Of a stretch of 64,000 nt of DNA, positions 7,832 through 17,566 are shown one piece after another. Both the position numbers and the translations under genes were made by a program. This DNA is from an uncultured virus (IMG/VR IMGVR_UViG_3300037153_000351) (taxonomy: Duplodnaviria > Heunggongvirae > Uroviricota > Caudoviricetes), in IMG/VR virus record IMGVR_UViG_3300037153_000351. One strand, written 5' to 3'. The notes beneath the pieces are model-generated. The model ran no database searches and had not been told where the DNA came from. It saw only the letters and a program-made list of their open reading frames with translations. The number at the start of each line of letters is the position of its first letter. The first letter of the stretch is position 1.

Positions 7832-7898
7832 GGTCAATCCGCATCCTTCCGCCAGAATCACGCATTTAACGTGTACGTGACCCAAGGAAAGGGCAAGA

Positions 7899-7931
7899 GC
7901 GGATCCCCGGTGTCCACAGCCGGGGATCCGC
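7899..7931. terminator. 12-bp stem hairpin just downstream of the integrase
   Basis: GCGGATCCCCGG-9 nt-CCGGGGATCCGC. Confidence 0.5.
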
Positions 7932-7939
7932 CGCAGGGC

Positions 7940-9211
7940 TTAGGCCGCTTTGCCGAACGCCGGCGCGGCGAGCTTGCCGCTCACGAGGCCGGTGACGAAC
8001 TCCGCCCATAGCTCGAATCCCCGCCGTTGTGCGGCAAGCTTTTGTCCGGGCAGATAGGTTTTCTGCACGACGGTGTGGGGCTCGTGGCCGATCATCTGTT
8101 CGGCGACCCGAAAGTCGACGTCGAGGTCGTCAAGGCCGCTGCGCATGGTGCGGCGCAGGTCGTGCAGGCGGAATTCCGCCACCTTGCCGAACACCGCCTC
8201 GTCGAGCTTGGCCTTGGCCTTGCTCCAATTCGAGAATCCAAGATCCTCGGCCCCAAACACGAACCGGCGGCCCTGCGGACGTTCGCCGATGATTTCGAGC
8301 GCGGCCGGCGGGAGCGGGATCTGGCGGGCGTTGCCGGTTTTGGTACGCTCCGCGGGCAGGTTCCAAACGCCGTCGGCAATCTCCGCCCATTCCATGCCGC
8401 CGATTTCTTCGCGGCGGTTGCCCAAGAGGATAGCGAGCCGAACAATCCGGCCGTAATCGCCAAGCACCTCGGCGGCCTGCCATACGAATTTGAGCTCGGC
8501 GTGGGACAAGGCCCGCTCGCGCGGCTTGCGGTCCTTTCTGCCCAACGGATCCTCGGTCACGCTGGCGGGGTTGGCCTCGACCCATTCGCGCGAGCGGGCG
8601 AAATCGAACAGCATGCACGCCGCCTCACGCGCTTGATGCGCCGCGCTGCGGGAGGGTTTCGCCGCCGTGGTGACCGTGTTGCCGGCCTTGTTCTCGCGCG
8701 CGTGTGCCACGCCGACGTCACAAATCAGGTCGAGCCGTTCGGCAATATCGCCAACCGAGATCCGGCGCAGGTCGACGCCGTGCAGGGGGGCAAAGTACGA
8801 GCCCTGTAAATAGCGCGGATATCCCCGCGCGGTGTTGGGGCGAACGTCCTCGGAGCGCCGTGCAATGAACTCCTCGGCCGCCTGCGCCCATGTGCGCCGC
8901 TTGACCGCCTTCGGGGCCTCGGCCGGCTTGCGCTCGGCGAGCGGATCCTTGCCCTCGCGGATGGCCTTGCGCACGGCATAGGATTCCAACTCTGCATCGG
9001 CCACAGGAAGGCCCGCAACCGGGCCGAGGCGCACGGGCACGCGCTTATCGCCGACGAGCGGGCGCACATACCAGATTTTGGAAACGACGCCGTCCTCGCC
9101 CTTCCTAAGCCGAATGGCGAGGTCGTGTTGGCCGTAGATCCACTCGTCGGCCTTGGCCGTGGTGAGGGCGGCGACAATTGCCTGATCAAATTCAATTCGC
9201 GGGGCGCGCAT
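7940..9211 (-). CDS. int: tyrosine integrase with N-terminal arm-binding domain
   Basis: Catalytic set GNRREE, RTKTG, HDLRRT, MIGH, QKTY; P4-type N-terminus (LAIRL..WY..RLGPVAGLPVADA). Confidence 0.93.
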   Translation of the reverse strand: MRAPRIEFDQAIVAALTTAKADEWIYGQHDLAIRLRKGEDGVVSKIWYVRPLVGDKRVPVRLGPVAGLPVADAELESYAVRKAIREGKDPLAERKPAEAPKAVKRRTWAQAAEEFIARRSEDVRPNTARGYPRYLQGSYFAPLHGVDLRRISVGDIAERLDLICDVGVAHARENKAGNTVTTAAKPSRSAAHQAREAACMLFDFARSREWVEANPASVTEDPLGRKDRKPRERALSHAELKFVWQAAEVLGDYGRIVRLAILLGNRREEIGGMEWAEIADGVWNLPAERTKTGNARQIPLPPAALEIIGERPQGRRFVFGAEDLGFSNWSKAKAKLDEAVFGKVAEFRLHDLRRTMRSGLDDLDVDFRVAEQMIGHEPHTVVQKTYLPGQKLAAQRRGFELWAEFVTGLVSGKLAAPAFGKAA

Positions 9212-9232
9212 GGGAAAAGTTCCTTTTGTGAA

Positions 9233-9502
9233 TTAGCGGGCGAGCTTGGCGACTTGGGCGGCGAGCGCCTGTCGGGCGAGCTCAAGGCTCGAGTAGGCTT
9301 GCGGGCCCCGGCCGGCATAGCCTTCCGGCTCGATATCGGCACCGAGTCGGACGCGGTGCGACGCCTGCCATGGCTCGCCGGTTTTGGGATTGAGCGGGCG
9401 GAATTCCACCACATAGGCGTCGGGCGCGAGATAGTGCCCGCTGACAATCCACAGCACGTGGCGTTCCGTGGTGACCCGTTCGACGATCGTTTGCACTGTC
9501 AT
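9233..9502 (-). CDS. hypothetical protein
   Basis: 89-aa ORF with AAGGA SD. Confidence 0.65.
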   Translation of the reverse strand: MTVQTIVERVTTERHVLWIVSGHYLAPDAYVVEFRPLNPKTGEPWQASHRVRLGADIEPEGYAGRGPQAYSSLELARQALAAQVAKLAR

Positions 9503-9874
9503 GGTCCTTTTCGTTGGGAAGTTCCCGGGAAGATCCGGGGGCCGGGAACCGTCCCGGTCGGCTCAACAGATAAGCGGGCGGCACTGATAAATCAACGCAT
9601 TTTGCGGTATTATCCCCAATTGCGACCCATCTAGCGAGGTCCCCGCTTTCGCGGGGGTGTCGGGATGGAGAAAAAACCCCAAGCAAATCAAGGCGGATAG
9701 CGGACACCACGGGCCGCGGGAAGACCACGGGAAGGTGAGGCGCAATGCCGCACAGGGAACGGGGTTAAGAGGTGTTAGTGCGCAATATGGCAAGACACGT
9801 CGGGCCCCTAGTCGCTTGCCTAAACGGCAACGAAGGCCCCGCCTCTCTTGGGCGGTCCCCTTGCGTTCGGCCCC

Positions 9875-10087
9875 TTAATCTTTCCGTTGATAGAGGTCGG
9901 GCCGCAACACTGTCCGGTCGACCCCTGTCACCGCCTCGATCTGCACTAAACGATCTGCGGGAACGCGCCGCCATTCTGAAATTGCCTGCGGTGTCATGCC
10001 CAAGGCCCGCGCGAGCGCGCTTGGCCCGCCCATCTTTTCAAACGCTTGCCGTAGGCCGTCACTGATTTCCACAGGGGGGCCTTGCAT
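9875..10087 (-). CDS. Cro/YdaS-like transcriptional regulator
   Basis: GGPSALARALGMTPQAISEWRRVPADRLVQIEAVTGV..LRPDLY; start could be the GTG at 10072. Confidence 0.88.
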   Translation of the reverse strand: MQGPPVEISDGLRQAFEKMGGPSALARALGMTPQAISEWRRVPADRLVQIEAVTGVDRTVLRPDLYQRKD

Positions 10088-10158
10088 CCGGCGGTCTTTC
10101 ATGGCTACCCTGAAGATGTTCAAGCCTAACCTGAAGCGCCATGCAATAGGAGAAAGAC

Positions 10159-10770
10159 ATGGCAGTCGCACTTTCAAAATATGAGGATGCTTCGTTGGCG
10201 TTCCTCAAGGACCATCCCATCGGGACCATCGTCACGCCTGATCGGTTGGTGAATTGGGCGGTCGCCGCCGACGGCGACGCCGCCGTTCTGAAAACGGATC
10301 TTTTGGTTGACGATCCAGCCAAGCGTCTCTCCGCTCTCCGCCGCCATCTTAATCTCGGCGGCGCGAGTCGCAATCTCGACGAAAGTGAGCGTTTCACGCT
10401 TGTCATCGAGGACTCCAAGCGCAAGACCATGGCGGTGAGGTCTTTGCAAGAGCATGTTCGCGATCAAACGGACGTCGCTTACGCTAAGTCGGTCACCGGC
10501 GCGATCAATCCGGTGAAGCGTCAACAGAAGGCCCTCGACGACATTAAGCTCGACGAGGTCACGCCAGAGGTGAAGGCGGACGTCGAGGCCAAGCTCAAGG
10601 CGTTCGTCGACTACTACAGTCCGTTGCGTAGGTTTCTTTCTCAGTCAGTCATCGACCGTGAGGTGCGGCGGCTCATGGCGAAAGGCAATAGCGAGGCCAC
10701 GGCGCGGATGATGCTGGAAATGGCACCATCCTTACTCGGTTCGCACAAGTTGCTGACTCAGATCGGTTGA
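10159..10770 (+). CDS. hypothetical protein
   Basis: 203 aa, strong AGGAG SD, divergent from cro. Confidence 0.75.
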   Translation: MAVALSKYEDASLAFLKDHPIGTIVTPDRLVNWAVAADGDAAVLKTDLLVDDPAKRLSALRRHLNLGGASRNLDESERFTLVIEDSKRKTMAVRSLQEHVRDQTDVAYAKSVTGAINPVKRQQKALDDIKLDEVTPEVKADVEAKLKAFVDYYSPLRRFLSQSVIDREVRRLMAKGNSEATARMMLEMAPSLLGSHKLLTQIG

Positions 10771-10790
10771 GCCGACAGACTCAAAAAACT

Positions 10791-10820
10791 TGGGGGCCCT
10801 CGTCGGCCCCCTTTTCTTTC
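10791..10820 (+). terminator. rho-independent terminator
   Basis: GGGGCC-CTCGTC-GGCCCC followed by a T-rich tract. Confidence 0.6.
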
Positions 10821-10945
10821 TCAAGGTGCCGGTATGCGTGAACAAATCCAAGCCGAGATCTACGAACTCGCCCGCCAATTGCGGGCGGAAGGCAACGGCG
10901 TGTTGGCTAGGGAGATCATCAACCTTCTGCAAAGGACACAAGACA

Positions 10946-12076
10946 ATGAAGCTCCATTACGTCCCGCTCGATCAAATCGTCTGGAACCCGTGGAGAGATA
11001 AGAAACTATTTCCAATCGACGCCGACCATGTCGCGGGTTTGCGCGCGTCGATTAAGGAGCACGGATTCTTTAGCAGCGTAAAGGGTCGCCGCCGGAACGG
11101 CAAGGTCGAGCTTGCGTGCGGTCACGCCCGGTTCGAGGCCGCCAAAAAGGCCGGCGAAGAAACAATGCCAATCTTCGTCGACGATATCGACGACGATCAA
11201 ATGCTCGCTCTCATGACCGACGAGAACGCGTTGCAATATGGCAGCAACGCCGGTGCCATCATGAACGAGGTCGCCGCCGCCACCCGTCGGATGATTGGTA
11301 GTCTGGTAAGCGACGGGACAATTGTCCCACCGGTCGCCAAGGCTTTTGGGAACAAGGCCGGCATAGAACAGGCGCGCACCAAGCTGCGCGGCGACAGCCC
11401 GCATCTGGCATTCGGCCATAATGTCATCCATGCCTATCTTGGCGAGGCTCGGGGCGAGCGTGCCATTCGCGAGGCCATGGCGGCGCTGAAACAATCCGGC
11501 GTCTATGCCGAAATCGTTGCCGAGGAATTGAGCAAGCACCCGGAGCGGGTCGCCGACAAGCCCGCGGCAAAAACCACGGCCATCGCCAAGTCGGAACGCG
11601 CCCCCGCCCCGCGCTTGCTCGACGAACGAACGGCAAGCGTATTCGAAAACGATTTTCAATTTCACACCTTTAGGCAAGCGGTGACGTCATCGGTGGGGCG
11701 AAAGATGATCCCGGTTAAAGAGCAATTGCCGCTCGCCAAGGCGATCATGGAAGCCAAACCGGAAGGCGGCCCGCGGAAACATATCACGGCCGGCCAAATT
11801 CAGCGGCGCGTGCAGCATGAAATCCAAACCGCACTAAAACAGCAACGCGAACTCGATAAAGAAGAACGCGAACGCTATCTCGCCGAGCAACGCGACGCCG
11901 CCATTGACGCGCAATTGGTGCAGGCGAATGGCGCATTGCGTGGCATGATTAGCGCCATTGCCAAGATGATCGACCTCGCCGAGAAATACCCCAATCACCC
12001 CAAACTCGGAGGCTTTAGCGCAAAGCTCGACACGCTCGTTGCGGCGATTCAGCAATTCAGCAAGAAACTAAAATGA
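10946..12076 (+). CDS. ParB/Srx N-terminal domain protein
   Basis: VPLDQIVWNPWR..LRASIKEHGF..ELACGHARFEAAKKAG; helical C-terminus. Confidence 0.8.
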   Translation: MKLHYVPLDQIVWNPWRDKKLFPIDADHVAGLRASIKEHGFFSSVKGRRRNGKVELACGHARFEAAKKAGEETMPIFVDDIDDDQMLALMTDENALQYGSNAGAIMNEVAAATRRMIGSLVSDGTIVPPVAKAFGNKAGIEQARTKLRGDSPHLAFGHNVIHAYLGEARGERAIREAMAALKQSGVYAEIVAEELSKHPERVADKPAAKTTAIAKSERAPAPRLLDERTASVFENDFQFHTFRQAVTSSVGRKMIPVKEQLPLAKAIMEAKPEGGPRKHITAGQIQRRVQHEIQTALKQQRELDKEERERYLAEQRDAAIDAQLVQANGALRGMISAIAKMIDLAEKYPNHPKLGGFSAKLDTLVAAIQQFSKKLK

Positions 12077-12309
12077 CTTATCGAATGAAACAACCGTTGA
12101 GTCACGTCGAAATTATCGAGATGATTTTGGCCAACCCGCCGACCAACGTGCGCAAGTTTGCGAGAGAGGTCGGTTGTTCGGGCAGGTCCGTCGCGCGCGT
12201 GATTGCTCGACTCGAAAGCGAGGGCCTGATCACACCTCGCCGCCGCAGCAATGGCCTATTGTGGGAGGATGCGCTCGACGAGGTCATATCGAAGCGAAAA
12301 GCAAAATGA
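12073..12309 (+). CDS. winged-HTH DNA-binding protein
   Basis: NVRKFAREVGCSGRSVARVIARLESEGLI. Confidence 0.7.
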   Translation: MTYRMKQPLSHVEIIEMILANPPTNVRKFAREVGCSGRSVARVIARLESEGLITPRRRSNGLLWEDALDEVISKRKAK

Positions 12310-12497
12310 AACAACTCAACCAACACGGTCACGCCGTGCTCAATCGCGTGCGGCTCAAGTTCGGCTTATCAATCAATTGCCCGGTCGCCGACGTCATGGC
12401 GGCATATCTTGCCTATGATGAAAAGCGGATCGAACTACTCGACAAGGACGAAGATCGATTGATGGTCTTTCTACTCGCCGAGATGATTGAAGGCTAG
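12306..12497 (+). CDS. hypothetical protein
   Basis: ATGA-coupled MKQLNQHG... Confidence 0.55.
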   Translation: MKQLNQHGHAVLNRVRLKFGLSINCPVADVMAAYLAYDEKRIELLDKDEDRLMVFLLAEMIEG

Positions 12498-12504
12498 CTT
12501 TCCA

Positions 12505-12535
12505 CGGGGGGCAGAAATGCCCCCGCTCTTTTTGT
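12505..12535 (+). terminator. rho-independent terminator
   Basis: GGGGGCA-GAAA-TGCCCCC followed by TCTTTTT. Confidence 0.65.
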
Positions 12536-12549
12536 GCTAGACTGCGCGC

Positions 12550-13425
12550 ATGATCGAAACCGCCATCTCGACCGAGGGCCGGGTGTTCACGGCGCAGATC
12601 TGCCGCGACGTCATCGCACGCGAGCGCGCAGGGGCGGCCTTGCTGTGGCCGGGGGCGGGTCGCTGGCAAGAGGCATTCCGCGAATTGGGCCTCGCCATCA
12701 GCAAATGCGGCGGCCCGGTCAAGGCGGGGGCCATGTTCAAGGCCGCGCAATTGCGCTTGCTCGACGCGCAACGCGACCACGGCGCATGCTTCCTCAATTG
12801 CTTCATGACGCGTAAGCGTTCGGGGCTCATGGAGGTCGTCACCTACTCGGCAAGCAAGCACCCGCTGACCGAACGTGGATATGAAGGCGTGGGCGTCGCC
12901 GTCTATCGCATGAGCTTGCAACGCAACGGATGCATCATCGTCGGCAAGCCCGACCGCGTCGCCTTCCTGAGTTGGCATACGCTTGGCCGCATGCGCGAGC
13001 GCAGCACCGTCGACCTCGCCGGCGCGAACGGCATTGCCGCCGGATGCGGGCTCGCCGGCCTGTTGCTGCGGGAATCGGCCAAGCACTTCGAAACCGAAAT
13101 CAATTGGTCGAGCGAGGACAGCGCGAAAATGATTTGCACGGGCGTCCTGCGCGGGCCCACGCGCGGGATCAGTCAAGGATTTTTTGACGTGCTCACGGCC
13201 TTGCCCTTCTATGACGACGAGCGCAGGCGGTCGCAATGGAATCAGGGGTGCCAAATCGGATGGATGGTGCACGAATATATCAAAGGCGATAATGCCGACC
13301 CGACCGGCGTCGCCGCTCATATCCCGGTGCTTGCATTCCACGGCCGCGACTATGTCTCCCGCGGCTTGAAGGGCAACACGTTGTCCTCGACCCAATCCGG
13401 ATGCGCCCAACCCTTGACGTCGTGA
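12550..13425 (+). CDS. hypothetical protein
   Basis: 291-aa ORF converging on and overlapping the helicase 3' end. Confidence 0.6.
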   Translation: MIETAISTEGRVFTAQICRDVIARERAGAALLWPGAGRWQEAFRELGLAISKCGGPVKAGAMFKAAQLRLLDAQRDHGACFLNCFMTRKRSGLMEVVTYSASKHPLTERGYEGVGVAVYRMSLQRNGCIIVGKPDRVAFLSWHTLGRMRERSTVDLAGANGIAAGCGLAGLLLRESAKHFETEINWSSEDSAKMICTGVLRGPTRGISQGFFDVLTALPFYDDERRRSQWNQGCQIGWMVHEYIKGDNADPTGVAAHIPVLAFHGRDYVSRGLKGNTLSSTQSGCAQPLTS

Positions 13426-14795
13426 CGGCCACGGCCGGGGATGTTCACTTCTTTAATCACCCGGTCGCGCGCCCACTTGTTGATAATCTCGCGCGCCCAT
13501 TTCTTGCCCGACGCGGTGTCCATGTCGGCGCGGTCGCAATGCCGGCCGACGTCATAGCCTAACCAATCCGCCGATTGTGAATCGGCGCGCCGCGGGCCCT
13601 CGCGTTCGAGCAAGCGTTGAACCCAATCCTTTTCGGTTTGCTCCAACGGATCGAATGAGGCGGGGAACATCCATGGGATAATTGATTGCACGTTGTCGGT
13701 ATTGGGCAGCATCACCGACACAATCTGAAACCACACTGCGGCCTCGGCCGGGGCCATGTTTCTTTTGCCCTTGTCGACCCGAATATAAGCCGAACGCTTG
13801 GCCGTGTCCTTGAGCCGCGCGCGCTCGGCGTCGAATGTGCTCATGCGATTGATCACGCGCGCCGAGCGCACCGCATTGATGATCGCGCCGCCGCCGCGGG
13901 CATCGTCGACCGTGAGCTCGTCCTGCCCCTGTATCGGCTTGCGCACATGATGCGAGAGCTCGATGCAACACTTGCGCCGCTGCGCGATCAAGCCGAGTGT
14001 TTTCACGACCTGATCAATCGCGCCGTTATCGTTCTCCGGAACGGTATGAAAGGAAATGAACGGGTCGAGTATGATCACGTCAATCCGGTTCTCGAGGATC
14101 TGTTGCTCGAACCGCGCCAACCATTGCTTGTTAGGAACGAGCATAGAGACACGCGGGCACGTGCCGATGAATAGCGGGAAGCTTTCCTTGTCGTCGACCC
14201 ACAGGTTCGAAGCAACGACGGCCTGATCGAGCCGCGGATGTTGTTGGCAATGCGCGGCAATGCGCCGATCGATTTCGACCTTCGGATCCTCGCCCGACAC
14301 GTACCACACGCGCCGGCCCTGCGCCGCCATGTCGATTGCCTCGAACAGCGACAGCGTGGTTTTGCCGAATCCTCCGGGCGCAACCGTCGCGGTCGCCGCC
14401 CCGCGCACGTAATGCCCGCCATAAAGAAACTCGCGTGGCGGAATGGCGAACGGGTTCGGGAATACGTAGCGGGTCGCGACGTGCTGCGGCCCTTCCTCTC
14501 TCGCCTCTTGCCGTGCCTCGCGCGTGCGCCCGTTGGGTTTGACCGCCGCGAATGCATCCGTGATGACGGTTTGCACCTCGTCGGCCTGTTCGCCCCATCC
14601 CTGCGCCGACGCCATCTCGAACAGTTCGTCGGCGGCAAGCGTGCGGTCAAGCCCGCGATTGACATATCCCGCGACGTCGAACGCGGCGTCGTTGAAGATC
14701 TTCCATCCCACCTCGTCCGAGGGCGCACTCGCCAGCAAGCGCCGCCACGAGGCGAGCCCTTGCGCGAATTGTCCTAAGTCGGCGGACACCGTCAT
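13350..14795 (-). CDS. AAA_25 / RepA-like replicative helicase
   Basis: Walker A APGGFGKT, YVSGED, VIILDPFISFH..ENDN, SHHVRK, DARGGGA..RSARV. Confidence 0.88.
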   Translation of the reverse strand: MTVSADLGQFAQGLASWRRLLASAPSDEVGWKIFNDAAFDVAGYVNRGLDRTLAADELFEMASAQGWGEQADEVQTVITDAFAAVKPNGRTREARQEAREEGPQHVATRYVFPNPFAIPPREFLYGGHYVRGAATATVAPGGFGKTTLSLFEAIDMAAQGRRVWYVSGEDPKVEIDRRIAAHCQQHPRLDQAVVASNLWVDDKESFPLFIGTCPRVSMLVPNKQWLARFEQQILENRIDVIILDPFISFHTVPENDNGAIDQVVKTLGLIAQRRKCCIELSHHVRKPIQGQDELTVDDARGGGAIINAVRSARVINRMSTFDAERARLKDTAKRSAYIRVDKGKRNMAPAEAAVWFQIVSVMLPNTDNVQSIIPWMFPASFDPLEQTEKDWVQRLLEREGPRRADSQSADWLGYDVGRHCDRADMDTASGKKWAREIINKWARDRVIKEVNIPGRGRHDVKGWAHPDWVEDNVLPFKPRET

Positions 14796-14995
14796 GCGTC
14801 CTCGAAACCGAAAACCCGATTGATGGTCAACACGACGAACTCAATGCCGTACCTGTCCGCTAGGCCGTGAACGTGCGCATAGGCAAGCAAGGGCCCGATT
14901 GCTTCCCCGCTATCCTCATATTCACAGCAACGGAACAACAACGCGCGCGCCTCGCATAACGCCTCGAACACACGCAACGGCGGGACACGCTTCAT
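14792..14995 (-). CDS. small helical protein upstream of the helicase
   Basis: MKRVPPLRVFEALCEARALL..; coupled on both sides. Confidence 0.6.
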   Translation of the reverse strand: MKRVPPLRVFEALCEARALLFRCCEYEDSGEAIGPLLAYAHVHGLADRYGIEFVVLTINRVFGFEDA

Positions 14996-15507
14996 CGCGC
15001 GAACAATGGCGAGCGCGCAATCCCGATCATCGGATCCGCGAGCGCGCAGGCGTAATCCCAGCAAGCGCAAGCATCGGCCGCATTGTGATCGGCAATCGGC
15101 CAACCCAAGCGCCGGCACGTGCTAACGACGTCATCCTTTTTCGCGAACCGCGAGCCGCAGAAATGCTTGCGCACCGCCAAGGTCGGAACGGTTTTGATGT
15201 TGATCACGCCGCGACAGAACGCGACCGCGCCGAGCACCGCCTGCAATGCCACGAGCCGGTCACGCGCGATGCGGTTCGTCTCGCCCTGCAACGCCTCGAT
15301 CGGTAGCACCGCCTCCATGATCAGCACGTCGGGCCGTGGTTCGGGTTCGAGGAAAGCAGAGAACCATTGCAGCGCATTCTTGCCGATCGCCCATTCGCTC
15401 GCACCGTCCGGGCCGACAAACGCCACGCTCCCGGTCGTCGGACACTCGCCCGGGCAACCTCTTGCCCATCCGCATTGCGTTGCGACGTCAAGCGCGAGAA
15501 TGTTCAT
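14992..15507 (-). CDS. RuvC-like Holliday junction resolvase
   Basis: ILALDVATQCGWA, LIMEA, VRKHFCG..AKKDDV, HNAADACA. Confidence 0.8.
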   Translation of the reverse strand: MNILALDVATQCGWARGCPGECPTTGSVAFVGPDGASEWAIGKNALQWFSAFLEPEPRPDVLIMEAVLPIEALQGETNRIARDRLVALQAVLGAVAFCRGVINIKTVPTLAVRKHFCGSRFAKKDDVVSTCRRLGWPIADHNAADACACWDYACALADPMIGIARSPLFAR

Positions 15508-15845
15508 TTCGATTTGCCGTTCAAAGTTCGATACTCGACCGGACGGCCGGCTTCCTGCGCGCGCCCGATGCCAAGCTTCATCCCTTCGCTAATTCCGCGG
15601 TCGGTATAGACCACGATCGCGTCGGCCGACGCCCCCCAAATCAAACCGGCGCGAATACCGCGCATGCGCTCGCCTTGGATGCTATCGCGCAACACGCCCA
15701 TTTGCGTGTAGAGAAGATGACTCGCGAACGGGGCCTCGCCGCGGCGGAAGCAATCGCGCATCGCCTTGCGCGCGTAGCGGCGATTGAGGAAGCGCACGAA
15801 AAACCATTTCGAGCCGTAAGGCGATTCGATGATCACACGGCGCAT
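15504..15845 (-). CDS. nucleoside 2-deoxyribosyltransferase-like phage protein
   Basis: RVIIESPYG..GEAPFASHLLY..ADAIVVYTDRGISEGM. Confidence 0.65.
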   Translation of the reverse strand: MRRVIIESPYGSKWFFVRFLNRRYARKAMRDCFRRGEAPFASHLLYTQMGVLRDSIQGERMRGIRAGLIWGASADAIVVYTDRGISEGMKLGIGRAQEAGRPVEYRTLNGKSK

Positions 15846-15846
15846 T

Positions 15847-16197
15847 TCACGCTCCGTCGAACAGATCCGGATTGTCATCCTCGTGCCGGCCGAACCGATC
15901 GCGCGCGCCGCCCTCGCCTTCGCTGCGCAGCGAACAGAGTCGAAAGAAATCCGGAAATTCCGGATGTTGTTCTAACCAATGCCGCGCATAGTAGGCGCGA
16001 TGATTGTTCGGCAGTTTGAAATCATGCGCCGAGCGCGTTTCAATGGTGAGATGCCAACGCAATCGTTCCCAAATGGTCGCGATTGCATATTCTTTCCAAC
16101 CGCGGTCAATCACCTCTTGCGCGTAGCGGCATATCAATTGATAGACCTGCGGGTTTTCTTCGTGATACGCTCGCCATTCATCATAAAGGCTCGACAT
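15847..16197 (-). CDS. conserved phage hypothetical protein
   Basis: ENPQVY..IWERLRW..FKLPNNHRAYYAR..FF. Confidence 0.75.
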   Translation of the reverse strand: MSSLYDEWRAYHEENPQVYQLICRYAQEVIDRGWKEYAIATIWERLRWHLTIETRSAHDFKLPNNHRAYYARHWLEQHPEFPDFFRLCSLRSEGEGGARDRFGRHEDDNPDLFDGA

Positions 16198-16825
16198 GTG
16201 ATTCCTCCCGCGGCTCGATTGATTGGAATTTATCGACCTCGTTTCCCCACGCATCCCATCCCGCGCGCCGCGCGCGCGCGAACAATTCGAGATAGGGGCC
16301 GGCGACCAACCGCTCGATCCGCTCGTGCACGCATGCCGGTTTGCGGGAATGCTCGCGGCGGGGCTCGATAATCGCTTGCCGAACATCGGCGGCGAGGCGC
16401 TTTGGCTTGCCGCGCGTGGCGAGCAAACAGGGTTCGGTGTTGGCCCGCGTCCAATATCCCATGCCCATCATGTCGGGAATGGCTTGCTCGAACATTTCGA
16501 GTTGTCCGGCGTGCGCCTTTGTCCAAGCGAATGCGCAGGTCTTATAGGTGAAGCCCCATGCCTCGATCACGGATAGCGCGTCGGGCAATTGCGGCCACGA
16601 GATCCACAGGAACAGACTGCAGTCAGAGGCCGCAAGCTCGCCGACCGGGAGCGCCCGGATCTCGGCAATGTCCATCGTCCGATAATGGATAGCACCAACA
16701 CGCCGGCCGCTGCTGCGAACGCGCGGGATGGCCTCGCGATTGTCCCACGTGCGGAACCGCCACGGCGGATCCGCGAGGATCGCGCCATAGAATCCACGCC
16801 GCAGGCCATCGAAGGCCGCCGCCAT
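16181..16825 (-). CDS. MT-A70 family DNA methyltransferase
   Basis: ILADPPW, HYRTM, LFLW, WGFTYKT, MGYWTRANTE, HSRKP, YLELFAR, WGNE. Confidence 0.92.
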   Translation of the reverse strand: MAAAFDGLRRGFYGAILADPPWRFRTWDNREAIPRVRSSGRRVGAIHYRTMDIAEIRALPVGELAASDCSLFLWISWPQLPDALSVIEAWGFTYKTCAFAWTKAHAGQLEMFEQAIPDMMGMGYWTRANTEPCLLATRGKPKRLAADVRQAIIEPRREHSRKPACVHERIERLVAGPYLELFARARRAGWDAWGNEVDKFQSIEPREESHVEPL

Positions 16826-16848
16826 GGCACCGCCTCATGCGGAAAGGT

Positions 16849-17244
16849 TTACGCGAGCGAGTCGAGCGACGCCTCGGCGTCCGGGCGAGCACGGCGGAGC
16901 GCCGCCTGCCCTAGCGGAAGGTCGCAAAAGTCGCCGAGCGAGGCGACCAGCGTGTCATAGTTTGCCTGATCGTCCTGTTCCAACCGCTCGACATTGCTGT
17001 GCATCTTGCGGTCGAGCCGGCGGTTTTTCACCAGCGTCCGGAACGCCCGCACGGGGATCCCGCTATCCTTGGCCGCCGAGATGGCGTCGGCAATGTCCTT
17101 CCGCGGTTCCTTGCAATTGGCCATGTATTCGCCCTTGAGCGAGGCGAGGTGATTGTCCGCGTCGTCGATATCCTTCAACAGGCGTTCGAGCACCGCCTTG
17201 TCATAGCCGTTGCCGCCTGCACCGCTGTTGGTTTCCGTGTTCAT
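16849..17244 (-). CDS. GapR/DUF2312-like nucleoid-associated protein
   Basis: Coiled coil plus DIADAISAAKDSGIPVRAFRTLVKNRR..LPLGQAA. Confidence 0.6.
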   Translation of the reverse strand: MNTETNSGAGGNGYDKAVLERLLKDIDDADNHLASLKGEYMANCKEPRKDIADAISAAKDSGIPVRAFRTLVKNRRLDRKMHSNVERLEQDDQANYDTLVASLGDFCDLPLGQAALRRARPDAEASLDSLA

Positions 17245-17566
17245 GTGGGGGCCTCCGCATAGGTGTCGGCCGCGCCGCCGCGCGCCGGCCGGGTGATTTC
17301 GCGAGAGTCGAATCTGTGACGTATCTCGCATTGCACCGTCAACCGTCGGCGGTTCCTTTGCCTGTGGGCAAGTTTTAGAAAAGGGGGGTTGAGGGAACCC
17401 GGAATCCGTCCCATTATGGCCACAGCGCCCCGCTAAGGGGGGAATGCGGCCACGGCGGCCCGCATCCGGTACGGCAAAGCCCCATGAACGAGATCGAGGT
17501 ACGCAATCTCGCGGCTTTAATCGTGCTGGCGATTGGCCTGTGCCTGTGGTGCGTGGGCGTCATCCC

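Noticed and set aside
6473..8011. 512-aa plus-strand ORF
   Set aside because: Antisense shadow of a tightly coupled minus-strand operon; Arg/Ala/Pro-rich with no motifs
9503..9874. attP core or tRNA fragment
   Set aside because: Position is plausible but no tRNA 3' end or duplicated core was identified, so it is not called as a feature
12394..13410. 338-aa minus-strand ORF
   Set aside because: Overlaps the more protein-like plus-strand 12550-13425 and crosses a terminator; judged a shadow, with moderate certainty
17245..17566. Structured ncRNA in the divergent intergenic region (also 1503-1895 and 57223-57343)
   Set aside because: Only GC-rich hairpins expected by chance; no recognisable RNA family without a covariance search
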